The notes under the pieces: generated by a model | Database searches by the model: none | The model's input: only the letters and a program-made list of their open reading frames with translations | What the model was told of the DNA's origin: nothing | Part shown: positions 38,801 through 47,700 of the stretch, piece after piece | Numbering within the stretch: position 1 is the stretch's first letter | Layout: every line of letters begins with the position of its first letter | NCBI GenBank assembly: GCA_965140445.1 | Contig: OZ223236.1 | Coordinates: 128,001 to 192,000, forward strand | Direction of reading: 5' to 3' | Origin: Candidatus Ozemobacteraceae bacterium | Lineage (GTDB): Bacteria; Muiribacteriota; Ozemobacteria; Ozemobacterales; Ozemobacteraceae | Length of the DNA stretch: 64,000 nt | Translations under genes and position numbers: made by a program

Positions 38801-39865
38801 CGAGCCGGTATTCACCAGAAGCGGAGTCAAATATGCGCCTATCGCGCCAAGGACTGAGATAGAAACTCCCTGATGGAAGACAGAAAGCACAAAAGCAGCG
38901 GCAGAAACAACCACAAGGCAAGCAAATCCCGCAGGTTTAGGTAAATACTCGTAATACAGAGTGGCTGCAAAGAAAACCGAGTATAAAACCCCAATCCCGC
39001 CAGATGCAAATGTCTGACGCATAATGTCATATCTGACGCGTTCAAACCATCCAGAGGCACCAATCATCCCCAACCCGACTAATGCGCCAATAACAAGCCT
39101 TAAAACGGGGGAAATGAGGTTTTTATCAATTGAATATTTTACAAAAAATCCGGCTCCAATGAAAAGAGCGATTCCACCAAGCCACGCGAACAACTTTGTT
39201 CCAGTAAATTGTTCCCAATCAACGGTTTCGAAAAATTGGCGAAACTTATCGGATAATGAAGGGGTTTCAGGCGGCGGCGGCGGAGGAGGTGGCGGTGGCG
39301 GAAAATCCCCGGATCTTCCAGAGGTTTCGGTTTCAGCAACCTCACCAGGACCTTCTTCAGCTTTTTCAATGTTCTCGAAATTCCGGGAGTTTGCTTCGTT
39401 CTTCTTCCCGACTTTGCTCCATGCGTACTCTGGCTTTGCTTCTTCTTTTGTCGGTTTTGAAGCTTCCTGGTCTTCATCCAGACTTTTAAAAGTAACTTCA
39501 ACAGGTAACTCTGGAGGTAATTCTGTAGATGAAGGAGCAACTTTCAGCTTTTTTTCAGGGTCATCAATGGTTTCGATTTTCTTTTTAATTTTCTCTGTCA
39601 GGGTCGGTTTTTCAGAGTCTTTTATACTAATTTTTTCTGCTTTTTCTTCGCTTGAGATTGGTGGTTCAGTTAAACGACCATCATCAATCTTCTCAAGACT
39701 TCTGACTTCTTTAAGTTCTTTTTCCAGTCTCCGTTGCCGGGTTTCCAGAATTTGATTCTTTAATTCAAGCTGATCAACTTTTTCTTCAAAATCTGCTTTA
39801 AGTTCAGCAATCCGTCGGTATGAAACAAATACGGCAAAAGCCAGTACCAGAAACCAGAATCCCAT
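35837..39865 (-). CDS. DUF2339 family large polytopic membrane protein
   Basis: WEQFTGTKLFAWLGGIALFIGAGFFVKYS and terminal KIFFKDLWSLGQLYRVASFVGLAIVL; poly-Pro linker. Confidence 0.9.
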   Translation of the reverse strand: MGFWFLVLAFAVFVSYRRIAELKADFEEKVDQLELKNQILETRQRRLEKELKEVRSLEKIDDGRLTEPPISSEEKAEKISIKDSEKPTLTEKIKKKIETIDDPEKKLKVAPSSTELPPELPVEVTFKSLDEDQEASKPTKEEAKPEYAWSKVGKKNEANSRNFENIEKAEEGPGEVAETETSGRSGDFPPPPPPPPPPPETPSLSDKFRQFFETVDWEQFTGTKLFAWLGGIALFIGAGFFVKYSIDKNLISPVLRLVIGALVGLGMIGASGWFERVRYDIMRQTFASGGIGVLYSVFFAATLYYEYLPKPAGFACLVVVSAAAFVLSVFHQGVSISVLGAIGAYLTPLLVNTGSGNLVTLFIYLAIVNIGLYQVIKRLSSSPLLLFGNIGTMVSLFAATLLSNPDPGVGQIAIAWSANLILFTIFIDRLKFQPATSRSAAWTASSSFLMMAIMSVWVTVTFSGSKPLLMLTVSVVCATVLAIRNAPYQGSLLSFSTITFAVAIFWTLTRFNGQIDNWAFLLYFIYGLAAGVGPLWVIRHHGINDYYLKWFKVFPVAMGILGLIAIIVNPQASFLFWPMTMGIQIVGIILSLLFGAIFQVGILALIMLICGLTWINSATAIVLGPIFFGFILLSGALICLAVFYLLHKGADIAQSLGIPKPDKELKDSDSLTQWMAAAPISGIFLLIAATFLKVAPLNPHPGMLTIACFAAIALVLTKKLGYQNMGVVTIFSAVFSQGFWMLKAGLTQTLHLSALAWATAFFVIALAVPFAFFSDLKKWRKLWMGFAIFEAFQAIYLIFAADHIWPREISGWLPLVLVLIKMPIVATLLKKLEGTEERNSIIACHGGVLLFYASSVPLLLLEKGWLGLVLVLEGTALLWLNRRIEHPGLRWVSLFMSPIGLFYLISFMGQMKGPDSIVVLNPAVLSMTLAVAALALAAKLSPYPDERIGAVNIYKVFQWLAVGAGFYLVNLIVADIFAGSKVQTANSLNFLPNGNLLQYMAYTTLWAIFGAVLWRTERASTVMRWVGVALVFISSAWLLMFPFLHGHEVAKMGPVFNLGLLAYLPIMGVLLFLFLKEPWQEKHLTLKNVFLAILLLTGLLCLKLVKSTLFQAGMPLELFREKTANMAVASIFGWIIYGLAMLLWPKRLDKPFRLGGLILVMLAFMRVVLFPFKFSAEFGAMSPILNKPTALFIVCIGVLIWMTKRKEDDTWPVDSFKQNSFWALILSLMTFAIMNIEIASVFGQKGQSFSLLTHGDLSHQLGYSLGWLIYAIAMLASGIRWKVVRARQAALILIIVTSCKIFFKDLWSLGQLYRVASFVGLAIVLMLVSYLYQRFLTKTGEN

Positions 39866-39920
39866 AAGTCCCTCGTCTCCTAGACCCTATTTTTCACTAT
39901 TTTACCTGCAAAAAATACAT

Positions 39921-40078
39921 TAAGCCAGCTTTTAGTTTTAGAGATTATTGTCTAACAGTGCTTTTATGATGCTTTATGTGAAAGGTTTGGGTCAGACATC
40001 CCCTTAAAGAAGCGTCATCAAAGCAAAAGTCAGGTTTCAAGTCGATACACGCTTGTCTTAACTGCACACGCCGGCCTA
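39921..40078 (-). ncRNA. ssrS: Probable 6S RNA
   Basis: Long rod: closing stem UAGGCCGGC/GCUGGCUUA, GUGUGC bulge, AGUU/AACU, central bubble ending UUGAAACC, inner stem UGCUUUGAUGACGCUU/AAGCAUCAUAAAAGCA; G-U pairs favour minus strand; TATAGA -10-like at 40086-40091. Confidence 0.7.
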
Positions 40079-40113
40079 TTTAAACTCTATACCTGGAAAT
40101 CTGAAAAGGGCTC

Positions 40114-40150
40114 CATGGTTTTGCCTGTTTAGTTAACAGAAAAAACCATG
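40114..40150 (-). terminator. Stem-loop after MCP gene
   Basis: CATGGTTTT..CTGTT / AACAG..AAAACCATG imperfect inverted repeat. Confidence 0.5.
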
Positions 40151-40179
40151 AAAAGCCAATTCCAATATTGACTTACAAG

Positions 40180-41799
40180 CTATTCTTTTAATTTAAACCG
40201 AGCCAGGGTCTGATGAAGCAATCTCGCTTCCGAGGATAACTCTTCCGCTGCCGAAGAAATTTCTTCAGAATTTGCAGTATTTTGCTGGGTAACATTGTCA
40301 ATCTGGTTTAAACCAGTACTGACTTCGGCAATCCATCTAGCTTGAGCATTACTTGCAGATGCAATTTCACCAATAATATCAGCCGCTTTTGACACTCCCG
40401 TAACGATTTCACTCAGAGCTTTTGCCGTGTAGCCGGCAACTTTAGTTCCATTGTCTACCTTTGATAAAGAAGTCTGAATGAATTCGGCAGTTTCTTTTGC
40501 AGCTTTTGAGCTTCTACCTGCAAGATTTCTAACCTCATCAGCAACTACAGCAAAACCTTTGCCGTGCCTACCGGCTCTTGCTGCTTCTACCGCTGCATTA
40601 AGTGCGAGTAAATTTGTTTGAAAAGCGATATCTTCGATTACTCTAATAATGCTGGCAATACTATGACTGGATTTATTAATGTCATCCATAGCTTTAACCA
40701 TATCACTCATGTGAGCGCTACCGTTTTCCGCATCTGTCTTAGCTTTGCTGGTCAACGTGTTTGCCAATTGAGCATTTTCAGCATTGTTTCTAGAGCGAGA
40801 ATCAATATCAACAATGGTGGACGAAATCTCCTGTAAAGAAGCGGCTGCAACCGTAGCAGAATTAGAAAGTTGTGAGCTGGCTTCATCAACACTTGCGGCT
40901 CCAGAATTAACCTGCATAGCAATATCGTTAATTGTCTTGAGTTCTTCGTTCATTTGCTCGACCATAGTTTGTAGAGCAATGGAAAATTTATCATTATCAG
41001 AACGGATACTTACACTTTGGTCCCAGTCACCTGAAGCAATGTTTGTGAGAAGTTCTGCCTGCTGTCTTTGAGAGTCAACAAGCTCCTGGACAGCCCTGGC
41101 CAATTGGCCAATTTCATCGCCACGCCCAAGATACTCTTCCGGAACATTTACTGATAAATCTCCTTTCTCCGCGACATCAGTTAAAAGATTAACTCCGTTG
41201 AGAATAGGCCTGGTTATCTGTAAAACATTTATCATTGATAAGGCAACAAGAAGAATTACAACAATTACGAAAATCAGAATCACCCTATTTCTGATTTGTT
41301 TTGTTTGCTTGTCTATCTCGTTTGCCGTTTCCTCAGCTGCAATTTTTTCATCGGTTACTTTTTTATCCAGCCACTTATTTAATTCCTGAACCGGATTGTC
41401 TTTTTGGGAAATCCATTCTGCGGCATCGTAGGAATTGTTTTCCTTTAGTCTTTTCATTCCAGCATTCATGAACTCTATCAGCTGGTCCTTTTTTTCTTTT
41501 ACTATACCTATATTCAGCTTTGAGAATGAATCAAGGCTTTGGGTCATCGAAGCTATTATTGGGTCCGGAGATTCCCCCAACATAATCTGAACTATTGCTT
41601 TCTGGTAATTTTCTATTGTTTCTTGGAATAAAACGCTTCCCTGAAAAAATAAGGACATTCGAGAACTACGTTCTCTACCGGATTTAATGGCTGATTGCTG
41701 AGTATCAGCCAAATGAAAGCCAAGCAGGCCAATAAAAATACAACCGGCAACCGCAAGAAAAGTCCATAGCCAAAAACGCCTAGCTACAGTTAATTTCAT
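40180..41799 (-). CDS. Methyl-accepting chemotaxis protein
   Basis: Two TMs, HAMP (DEIGQL), [37 protein letters not shown]. Confidence 0.96.
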   Translation of the reverse strand: MKLTVARRFWLWTFLAVAGCIFIGLLGFHLADTQQSAIKSGRERSSRMSLFFQGSVLFQETIENYQKAIVQIMLGESPDPIIASMTQSLDSFSKLNIGIVKEKKDQLIEFMNAGMKRLKENNSYDAAEWISQKDNPVQELNKWLDKKVTDEKIAAEETANEIDKQTKQIRNRVILIFVIVVILLVALSMINVLQITRPILNGVNLLTDVAEKGDLSVNVPEEYLGRGDEIGQLARAVQELVDSQRQQAELLTNIASGDWDQSVSIRSDNDKFSIALQTMVEQMNEELKTINDIAMQVNSGAASVDEASSQLSNSATVAAASLQEISSTIVDIDSRSRNNAENAQLANTLTSKAKTDAENGSAHMSDMVKAMDDINKSSHSIASIIRVIEDIAFQTNLLALNAAVEAARAGRHGKGFAVVADEVRNLAGRSSKAAKETAEFIQTSLSKVDNGTKVAGYTAKALSEIVTGVSKAADIIGEIASASNAQARWIAEVSTGLNQIDNVTQQNTANSEEISSAAEELSSEARLLHQTLARFKLKE

Positions 41800-41877
41800 G
41801 TTTTTCTCCTAAAGCTTTTACTCTTATGTTGCCACTTATAGTTTCATCTATTCCCTGACACATTAGAGATAGAAAAA

Positions 41878-41908
41878 CAGAACTGGCAATTTGTCATTGC
41901 CAGTTCTG
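41878..41908 (-). terminator. Intrinsic terminator between Cache gene and MCP gene
   Basis: CAGAACTGGCAAT-TTGTC-ATTGCCAGTTCTG, U run on minus strand. Confidence 0.75.
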
Positions 41909-41961
41909 ATATTATTTACGTAATTTCATACTTCTTCTTTTGGGTACATCTGCAAAACAAC

Positions 41962-42465
41962 CTATTTTTCTTTATACATTCCGCAAACTAGAATGTAATC
42001 TTTTCCATCGCTAGCCTTTACAGACATATAATAGGCTGTCTTATCAAAAATGCCTTTTTCACCTGGTTTCTGATAAGAGTAATCAACCCAACCACTCTGA
42101 TTGGCGGCTGCTCCACTCACAATCTCATCTCTGAATTTCTTGCCCTTAACATCGGGTTTTCCTTTAAAGTTCTTACCTACAAGACTACTTTTTGGGTGAG
42201 CAATCATGTTTACTTCACCATCATAAATGAACACATAAAGAGATGGATTATCTTTATTAACAAAAGGGTGCTCACTTGCATTTATCTTTGCAATAGTCCC
42301 AGGAGCATCTTTTTTCATAGCTTCAGCAGTCATTTCAACGCTGGCAAGAACTTCTTCTTTAGTTATAACCTTATTTTCAGCAATACTTGCAGAAGAAAAA
42401 ACAACCATAAAAACCAATACTAACGCTAACAGACCCCTAAAACTACATTTCATACAACACCTCAT
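41962..42465 (-). CDS. Stand-alone exported single Cache (sCache_2-like) domain protein
   Basis: LYVFIYD...AHP...LVGKN...DVKGK...GWVDY...KPG...K..Y; signal peptide. Confidence 0.85.
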   Translation of the reverse strand: MRCCMKCSFRGLLALVLVFMVVFSSASIAENKVITKEEVLASVEMTAEAMKKDAPGTIAKINASEHPFVNKDNPSLYVFIYDGEVNMIAHPKSSLVGKNFKGKPDVKGKKFRDEIVSGAAANQSGWVDYSYQKPGEKGIFDKTAYYMSVKASDGKDYILVCGMYKEK

Positions 42466-42596
42466 TTTTTTTGAAATTTTAACATAAATTCATCAAAGTT
42501 CCAGTGTTAATTTACTATAACTTTTTTAATTTTATCCTGTCACACAAACGATGCAATTCTCTGAATATGCTTAGCATTTCTTTACCTTTCTTAATG

Positions 42597-42623
42597 CAAA
42601 ATCCCTTACTTAAATCCCGATAA
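42597..42623 (+). promoter_or_regulatory. Putative sigma28 (FliA) promoter
   Basis: CAAA-N15-CCCGATAA versus consensus TAAA-N15-GCCGATAA. Confidence 0.5.
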
Positions 42624-42686
42624 ATTAATTGTGGGCAATTGGTTTTGCCTTCTTTACATCAGAAATCCAAAATTAAGGAGCAAATT

Positions 42687-43709
42687 ATGGGAATTGGTGG
42701 CATCGGGGCTTCAAGCTTTTGCGTGATGCGCGACCAAGTTCAGGGTTTCAAATCTGGGAAGCAAAACATTCAAAAAGAAGACCTGGAAAAAATCCAATGC
42801 GAAATTGGGGCTGGGCAAAGTCAGATTGGCGATATGTTCACCAGAATGCTGGAGTCTTTCGATGAAATAGATACCAATGGTGATGGCATAAGCATAGACA
42901 AACTAAAATCGTTTACAGGGCAAAATGAAGTACATAACCCGAAAGAGTCTGGAATAAAGCTCTTTTCCCTTTTTCAGGATGATGAAAGCAGTGGAGTAAC
43001 TAAAGAAGAATTACAAGACCTTACCGCAAGCATGGAAAGCAGTGGAATGAATATTCCAGGTAAACTTCAGCATATTATTGCATCTTTCGACTCTTTTGAT
43101 ACAAACAGCGATGGAACGTTGTCTAAATCAGAGATGAAAGATGGAATGCATGCTGAGAAACATGACAAAATGCGCCCGCCTCGACCTCCAAAAGGCGCAT
43201 CAAAAGAAGAACTGGAGGGACTTGCCAGCGAAATCGAAAATCTGGGAATTGAGATTCCAGACAAATTAAGCAGCATGATCGAATCGTTCGATTCTTTTGA
43301 TACAGACGGAGATGGATTGCTTACGAAGCAAGAAATTGAAACATCTATGAATGGAGGAACTGAAATTCAGGCAAAAACAATAGGCGTAACCAAAGAAGAG
43401 CTAGAGAGTATTGCTTCAAAAATTGGGTCTACTGGCATTGAAATTCCAAATCAACTTAGCAGTATGATTGAATCCTTTGACTCGTTAGATACAAATAAAG
43501 ATGGACAGGTAACTCATCAAGAAATGATGGCTGCATTGAAAGAAGCGAAGGAAAATATTGGAGTTGAAAACGAAGATAGCGATTTTCTCAAACAATTTAA
43601 TGAAAGTTCTCATGAACGCAAAACTAGAATTGCAGAAAACTTCTTTAATGAAAAAATTAATGCATACTCAATGTTTTCGCAAAAATCCACTTCTGCAAAC
43701 ACCCAATGA
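42687..43709 (+). CDS. EF-hand repeat protein
   Basis: Four ~50-aa repeats with EF loops DTNGDG, DTNSDGTLSKSE, DTDGDGLLTKQE, DTNKDGQVTHQE; start set at ATG 42687 after AAGGAG. Confidence 0.85.
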   Translation: MGIGGIGASSFCVMRDQVQGFKSGKQNIQKEDLEKIQCEIGAGQSQIGDMFTRMLESFDEIDTNGDGISIDKLKSFTGQNEVHNPKESGIKLFSLFQDDESSGVTKEELQDLTASMESSGMNIPGKLQHIIASFDSFDTNSDGTLSKSEMKDGMHAEKHDKMRPPRPPKGASKEELEGLASEIENLGIEIPDKLSSMIESFDSFDTDGDGLLTKQEIETSMNGGTEIQAKTIGVTKEELESIASKIGSTGIEIPNQLSSMIESFDSLDTNKDGQVTHQEMMAALKEAKENIGVENEDSDFLKQFNESSHERKTRIAENFFNEKINAYSMFSQKSTSANTQ

Positions 43710-43894
43710 ATAAACCTTTTCCAATCTTAGAAAATATCTAAAACTGGTTCAAAAAACTGGGACTGAAAAATAAGGCAAAAACTCTGATGTAAAAATTTTC
43801 TTTAGGACCGAAGGATTGGCTCCGAAATAGGCAATTTCAGACAATAAACTGAAATAAAATGGATTTAGCCTGGATTAATATTAAAGGTAATAAT

Positions 43895-44416
43895 ATGAGC
43901 ATTAATTCAGTCGGAAGAACATCTTCCATTTCTTTATCAACAAGAACTAGCCAAACGTTAAGTGAAGAACAAAAAACCAAATTAACTGAAATTCTTTCAA
44001 AATACGACTCTTCAAATGTTTCAAAAGAAGACGCTCAGTCTATTGCAGAAGAATTAAAAGGTGCGGGAATCGGCCCTGGCAGAGCAACTTCAGACGCTCT
44101 AAAATCTGCAGGATTCGAAATGGAAAAAATGAGACCAGAAGGGCCACCGACTGGCGGAATGAAGGGAAAACCTCCAGCAGGGGCAAAACCTCCTGGAGGA
44201 AAAGGACCGGAGGGTGTGGGCGGCGGCAAGCCACCAGAGAGGGCAGATGCAAGTAGCTCTGGTTCAATTGATGCCGAATCATTGCAAACCCTAAAAGACA
44301 TATTAGATCAATATGATCTAAACAACCTATCAGATGATGAACAAGAAAGCCTTTTTTCACAGCTTCAAAGCGCAGGACTAATAGAATCGGGAATGCTATT
44401 TGATACAAAAGCATAA
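43895..44416 (+). CDS. Hypothetical protein with two helical repeats around a Gly/Pro-rich linker
   Basis: LTEILSKYD..N and LKDILDQYD..N repeats; start probably MSINSVG after AAAGG. Confidence 0.75.
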   Translation: MSINSVGRTSSISLSTRTSQTLSEEQKTKLTEILSKYDSSNVSKEDAQSIAEELKGAGIGPGRATSDALKSAGFEMEKMRPEGPPTGGMKGKPPAGAKPPGGKGPEGVGGGKPPERADASSSGSIDAESLQTLKDILDQYDLNNLSDDEQESLFSQLQSAGLIESGMLFDTKA

Positions 44417-44451
44417 ATCTCATTAGTTCATTTTATTTCCCTTAAATTTTC

Positions 44452-44483
44452 AGGAGGCCCTATTAGACGGGGGCCTCCTTTTT
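44452..44483 (+). terminator. Intrinsic terminator
   Basis: AGGAGGCCC-loop-GGGCCTCCT followed by TTTT. Confidence 0.8.
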
Positions 44484-44540
44484 AAATCCCATGAATAATT
44501 ATTTGTATCAATGCGTAGTTGTATGCTATTATCAGCCATC

Positions 44541-44762
44541 ATGAGCTTCTATTTTGTTGTTCCAATTTATCTAACTCTGGTTTTTGTGGTTTCATATCTC
44601 CTAGTACATATGTTGCTTGGATTCTTTGACAAGCTTAACTTTTTCTGGGACTGGTGGGATAGCAAACGAAAGGCTATACCAGCTCTTGTCGCTATTGAAC
44701 TCTTATATTTCGCAGGCATTCTTTACTACATTGTATATTGGGAACTTTCTGGAAGCGTTTGA
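44541..44762 (+). CDS. Small membrane protein (2 TM)
   Basis: Hydrophobic ORF; probable start MSFYF 8 nt after TGnTATTAT. Confidence 0.55.
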   Translation: MSFYFVVPIYLTLVFVVSYLLVHMLLGFFDKLNFFWDWWDSKRKAIPALVAIELLYFAGILYYIVYWELSGSV

Positions 44763-44840
44763 TTTTCAGCTTTTTGTTTAAACAATAAAACTGTCTTTGA
44801 TTGACTTAATAAATTCGAAAATTGTATTCCTTTTAGCTAT

Positions 44841-46565
44841 ATGGAAAACTTAAATTTCATCCCTCTAATCTTCGTAGTTATTGGCGCAATAATTGGAAGT
44901 CTGGCCGGGAAAAAAATACTAAATAACCTTCAATTTCGACTTGGAAAAGGACTTTACGTCGGTGCATTTCCTATAATTGGAGCGATAATCGGTTGTTTCA
45001 TTTCTTCGCCAGGAAGTTTTTCCTTAAGCCATATTTCCCTCTTTCTGGTCACCATTCTCTTATCCATTTTAGGATTTATACGTGATTATTTTCGAACCCC
45101 TCAAAAGGTATTGCTCCCATATGAGATTCTGGCAATAATAATTGGAGTTTTTGCAGGGATTGTATATCCTCACTCTAATAGAACAATTGAGGTTCTTCTT
45201 TCAGTTCTCTGGCCAATAACGATCATTCTTTCACTGAAAATCTCTGCAATCGTTTACGAAATGCCTTTTATTCTTGCCTCCGGGTCAGGGTTAGCTTTTA
45301 TCCTGTTCTTTTCAGGTCAATTAACAGTGACACAGGGAACCATTATCCAGTGCTATACAGTTTTAATTCCTGCAATTCTCGCCATATTATTTACTGCCAG
45401 CACTAAGAAAAGAATACTTTTTGGCAACAGTGGAATTAACGCTATTGGTGCCTTAGTAGCAGGAATTTCCATGATAGGAAAGTCCAAAACTCTTCTTTTG
45501 TTCGGACTGCTCGTTCCTTCAATGGTGATATTTTTCCCATTTGCATTAATTTCATTAATGATTGCTTCCTCATATTTTGGCAATAAGCTACATAGCTCCA
45601 CAGAAAAATCCGGGGCCAGGTTCAAATGGACGCTCCAAAGAGAAAAATTGGTTGTTTTTTCTGGTCAGATATTCCTTTGCCTGAATTTCTTGCTTATCCT
45701 TGTTGCCCTAAGTGCGCCAACATTTGGATATGTTGCTCTATTTCTATTATTAATTGGCTCACTTTGGAGCTTTTTTAGAACCTTTGCAAGCAAGGATTTT
45801 AACGGCGAAGAAGGCACATATGAGCAAATTGATATACTCGGCTGTTCAGTCGATGCATTAACGCCATCTCAGGTTGTAGAAAAACTTAGCAACTACCTTA
45901 ATTCCGACATGGATTCTGATCTTTTTCATATTGTAACTGCCGATTCACTGGCTTTTGTAAGATGTAATAAAGAACCAGATTTTTTTAACATCCTTCAGAA
46001 TGCCGAAATGGTTGTTCCCGATGGCGCAGGATTGATCTGGGCAGCCGATTTTATGGGAACCCCACTTCCTTCAAGAGTTCCAGGCGTTGCCCTTGTCAGT
46101 CAAATTTGCGAAAAAGCGGCAAATGAAGATTGGAAAGTATTTTTGATCGGCGGGAAACCCGGAGTGGCAAAAATGGCAGCCGAAAAACTACTTCAGTCAT
46201 ACCCCAAATTGAATCTTGCAGGAATTCAGCATGGATATTTTCAAACAAATACCAAAGAAGAAGAAAATATTTTAAAAAACATACTGGAATCTAAACCCAA
46301 AGTAATTTTTGTGGCTTTGGGAGTCCCCAAGCAGGAAGAATTCATTCTTAAGCTCAGAACTTCTTTAAAAAATTGTGTTGCGATGGGAGTTGGCGGAAGC
46401 TTTGATGTAATAGCCGGAAACATCCCCAGAGCACCGGTCTGGATGCAAAACTTTGGCATTGAATGGCTATTCAGACTATATAAGGAACCATTTAGATTTT
46501 GGAGAATTCTTGAAATTCCAAGATTTGTTTTGCAGATATTAAGACACAAGATGAACCAGGCTTAA
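44841..46565 (+). CDS. Fusion of a degenerate MraY/TagO-like membrane domain and a WecB/TagA/CpsF glycosyltransferase
   Basis: C-terminal VPDGAGL, RVPGV, HGYF, VALGVPKQE, GVGGSFDV, RAP, EWLFRL..EP.R; N-terminal multi-TM with LGFIRDY and ILFGNSG. Confidence 0.85.
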   Translation: MENLNFIPLIFVVIGAIIGSLAGKKILNNLQFRLGKGLYVGAFPIIGAIIGCFISSPGSFSLSHISLFLVTILLSILGFIRDYFRTPQKVLLPYEILAIIIGVFAGIVYPHSNRTIEVLLSVLWPITIILSLKISAIVYEMPFILASGSGLAFILFFSGQLTVTQGTIIQCYTVLIPAILAILFTASTKKRILFGNSGINAIGALVAGISMIGKSKTLLLFGLLVPSMVIFFPFALISLMIASSYFGNKLHSSTEKSGARFKWTLQREKLVVFSGQIFLCLNFLLILVALSAPTFGYVALFLLLIGSLWSFFRTFASKDFNGEEGTYEQIDILGCSVDALTPSQVVEKLSNYLNSDMDSDLFHIVTADSLAFVRCNKEPDFFNILQNAEMVVPDGAGLIWAADFMGTPLPSRVPGVALVSQICEKAANEDWKVFLIGGKPGVAKMAAEKLLQSYPKLNLAGIQHGYFQTNTKEEENILKNILESKPKVIFVALGVPKQEEFILKLRTSLKNCVAMGVGGSFDVIAGNIPRAPVWMQNFGIEWLFRLYKEPFRFWRILEIPRFVLQILRHKMNQA

Positions 46566-46567
46566 AA

Positions 46568-46603
46568 AAAGAGCTGGAGATTATCACAAATCTCCAGCTC
46601 TTT
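46568..46603. terminator. Bidirectional intrinsic terminator
   Basis: AAAGAGCTGGAGATT / AATCTCCAGCTCTTT between convergent genes. Confidence 0.85.
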
Positions 46604-46626
46604 CGCATTACTTGAATATAAGTAAA

Positions 46627-47568
46627 TTAGTTTTTGGTTTGAGCTTTTGCCCTTTCTCCAAGTTTTTCCATCAGATTTACAAATTCATCAGCTGGAACTT
46701 TCATAATGACTCTTGCAAGAGTTCCTTTAGCCTGAACTTTAGCCATTTTCAAAAGCTTAAGCATTTCAGGGCTTCCTGCAGTCCAACCTCTCATGGCATC
46801 CAGCAAGTTGGTCAATCCGCTTTCAAGTGCAGCGAGCTGTTCCGCCTTTTCTACCTGGCCAGTAAAGTTGAATGTAAAAAACTTGCCATAGTTCATGCTG
46901 AAAAATGCACTTTGAATCTCTTTTAAGGTAGAAGCAACAACATTTGTCTGAGGTTTGGCCCAGTTATCTGTAGAAGGCAGCATAGCTCCCCATAAGCCCG
47001 CTCTGGTGTCCATTTTTTTCATAAGGCTTGCAAAACTCTTATTAGTAGCCAGACTCTTGGCTGTGCCGTTTTTAACTTTCAATAGATCTTCAAGAATAGA
47101 TACTTCTCCAAAGGCAACAGTGTTTTTATCAACAAAAACTACGTTTGATGATTTATTGGCTATATTTTTTACTGCCTGAAAGCCAAGCATATCTTCAATC
47201 TTAATCTTTTTAGCAACTTCAGAATCAGATTGAATCAATTCTGAGATCTTATCGGTATTAAACGTTCCGTTAACCACTATGCACGCTTTTTCACCTGAAT
47301 TCAAAAACAACATAACGTTGCTGATATCTTTTATTGGATCAATGCCTGCTCTAGTATAAAAATTACTGAAATTATCGTCTTTTAGACTAACCATTTTTTG
47401 GGCAGCGGCTTTCAAGTCAGGTTGCTGCATAATTCTTCCGAGATTAAAATTAACCACAAGATAAGAACTATCTGGAACAATAGTTAACAATGAAGCTGCA
47501 TTCAGCTGAAACGCAGACATGGCAAAAACTAGTAAAATAGCACACATCACTCTAAATTGGATTCTCAT
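46627..47568 (-). CDS. Exported hypothetical protein
   Basis: GGAG RBS, signal peptide LNA-AS, alpha/beta pattern. Confidence 0.75.
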   Translation of the reverse strand: MRIQFRVMCAILLVFAMSAFQLNAASLLTIVPDSSYLVVNFNLGRIMQQPDLKAAAQKMVSLKDDNFSNFYTRAGIDPIKDISNVMLFLNSGEKACIVVNGTFNTDKISELIQSDSEVAKKIKIEDMLGFQAVKNIANKSSNVVFVDKNTVAFGEVSILEDLLKVKNGTAKSLATNKSFASLMKKMDTRAGLWGAMLPSTDNWAKPQTNVVASTLKEIQSAFFSMNYGKFFTFNFTGQVEKAEQLAALESGLTNLLDAMRGWTAGSPEMLKLLKMAKVQAKGTLARVIMKVPADEFVNLMEKLGERAKAQTKN

Positions 47569-47662
47569 AATTCACTCCTACTCTACAATCAAAAGAATTG
47601 GTCACATTTGATATTAATTTAAATGCTAATACAAGTCAATCCACCCTAAATGGCCTAAAATG

Positions 47663-47688
47663 AAAAAACCGGGCCGTAGCCCGGTTTT
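47663..47688 (-). terminator. Intrinsic terminator of SLH-porin copy 2
   Basis: AAAACCGGGC-CGTA-GCCCGGTTTT. Confidence 0.85.
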
Positions 47689-47700
47689 CATTAACAAATA

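Noticed and set aside
39268..39302. GGC/GGA/GGT triplet run as a phase-variable microsatellite
   Set aside because: Encodes poly-Pro in frame with mixed codons; not a pure repeat
39024..39755. 243-aa plus-strand ORF with a poly-Gly run
   Set aside because: Antisense shadow of the DUF2339 poly-Pro linker; no RBS or domain features
39900..40110. Cobalamin or other riboswitch upstream of DUF2339
   Set aside because: No B12-box motifs; the single long rod with a central bubble fits 6S better
42760..43540. Recurring DNA similarity as a possible CRISPR or tandem array
   Set aside because: Explained by protein-level EF-hand repeats; copies are degenerate and in frame
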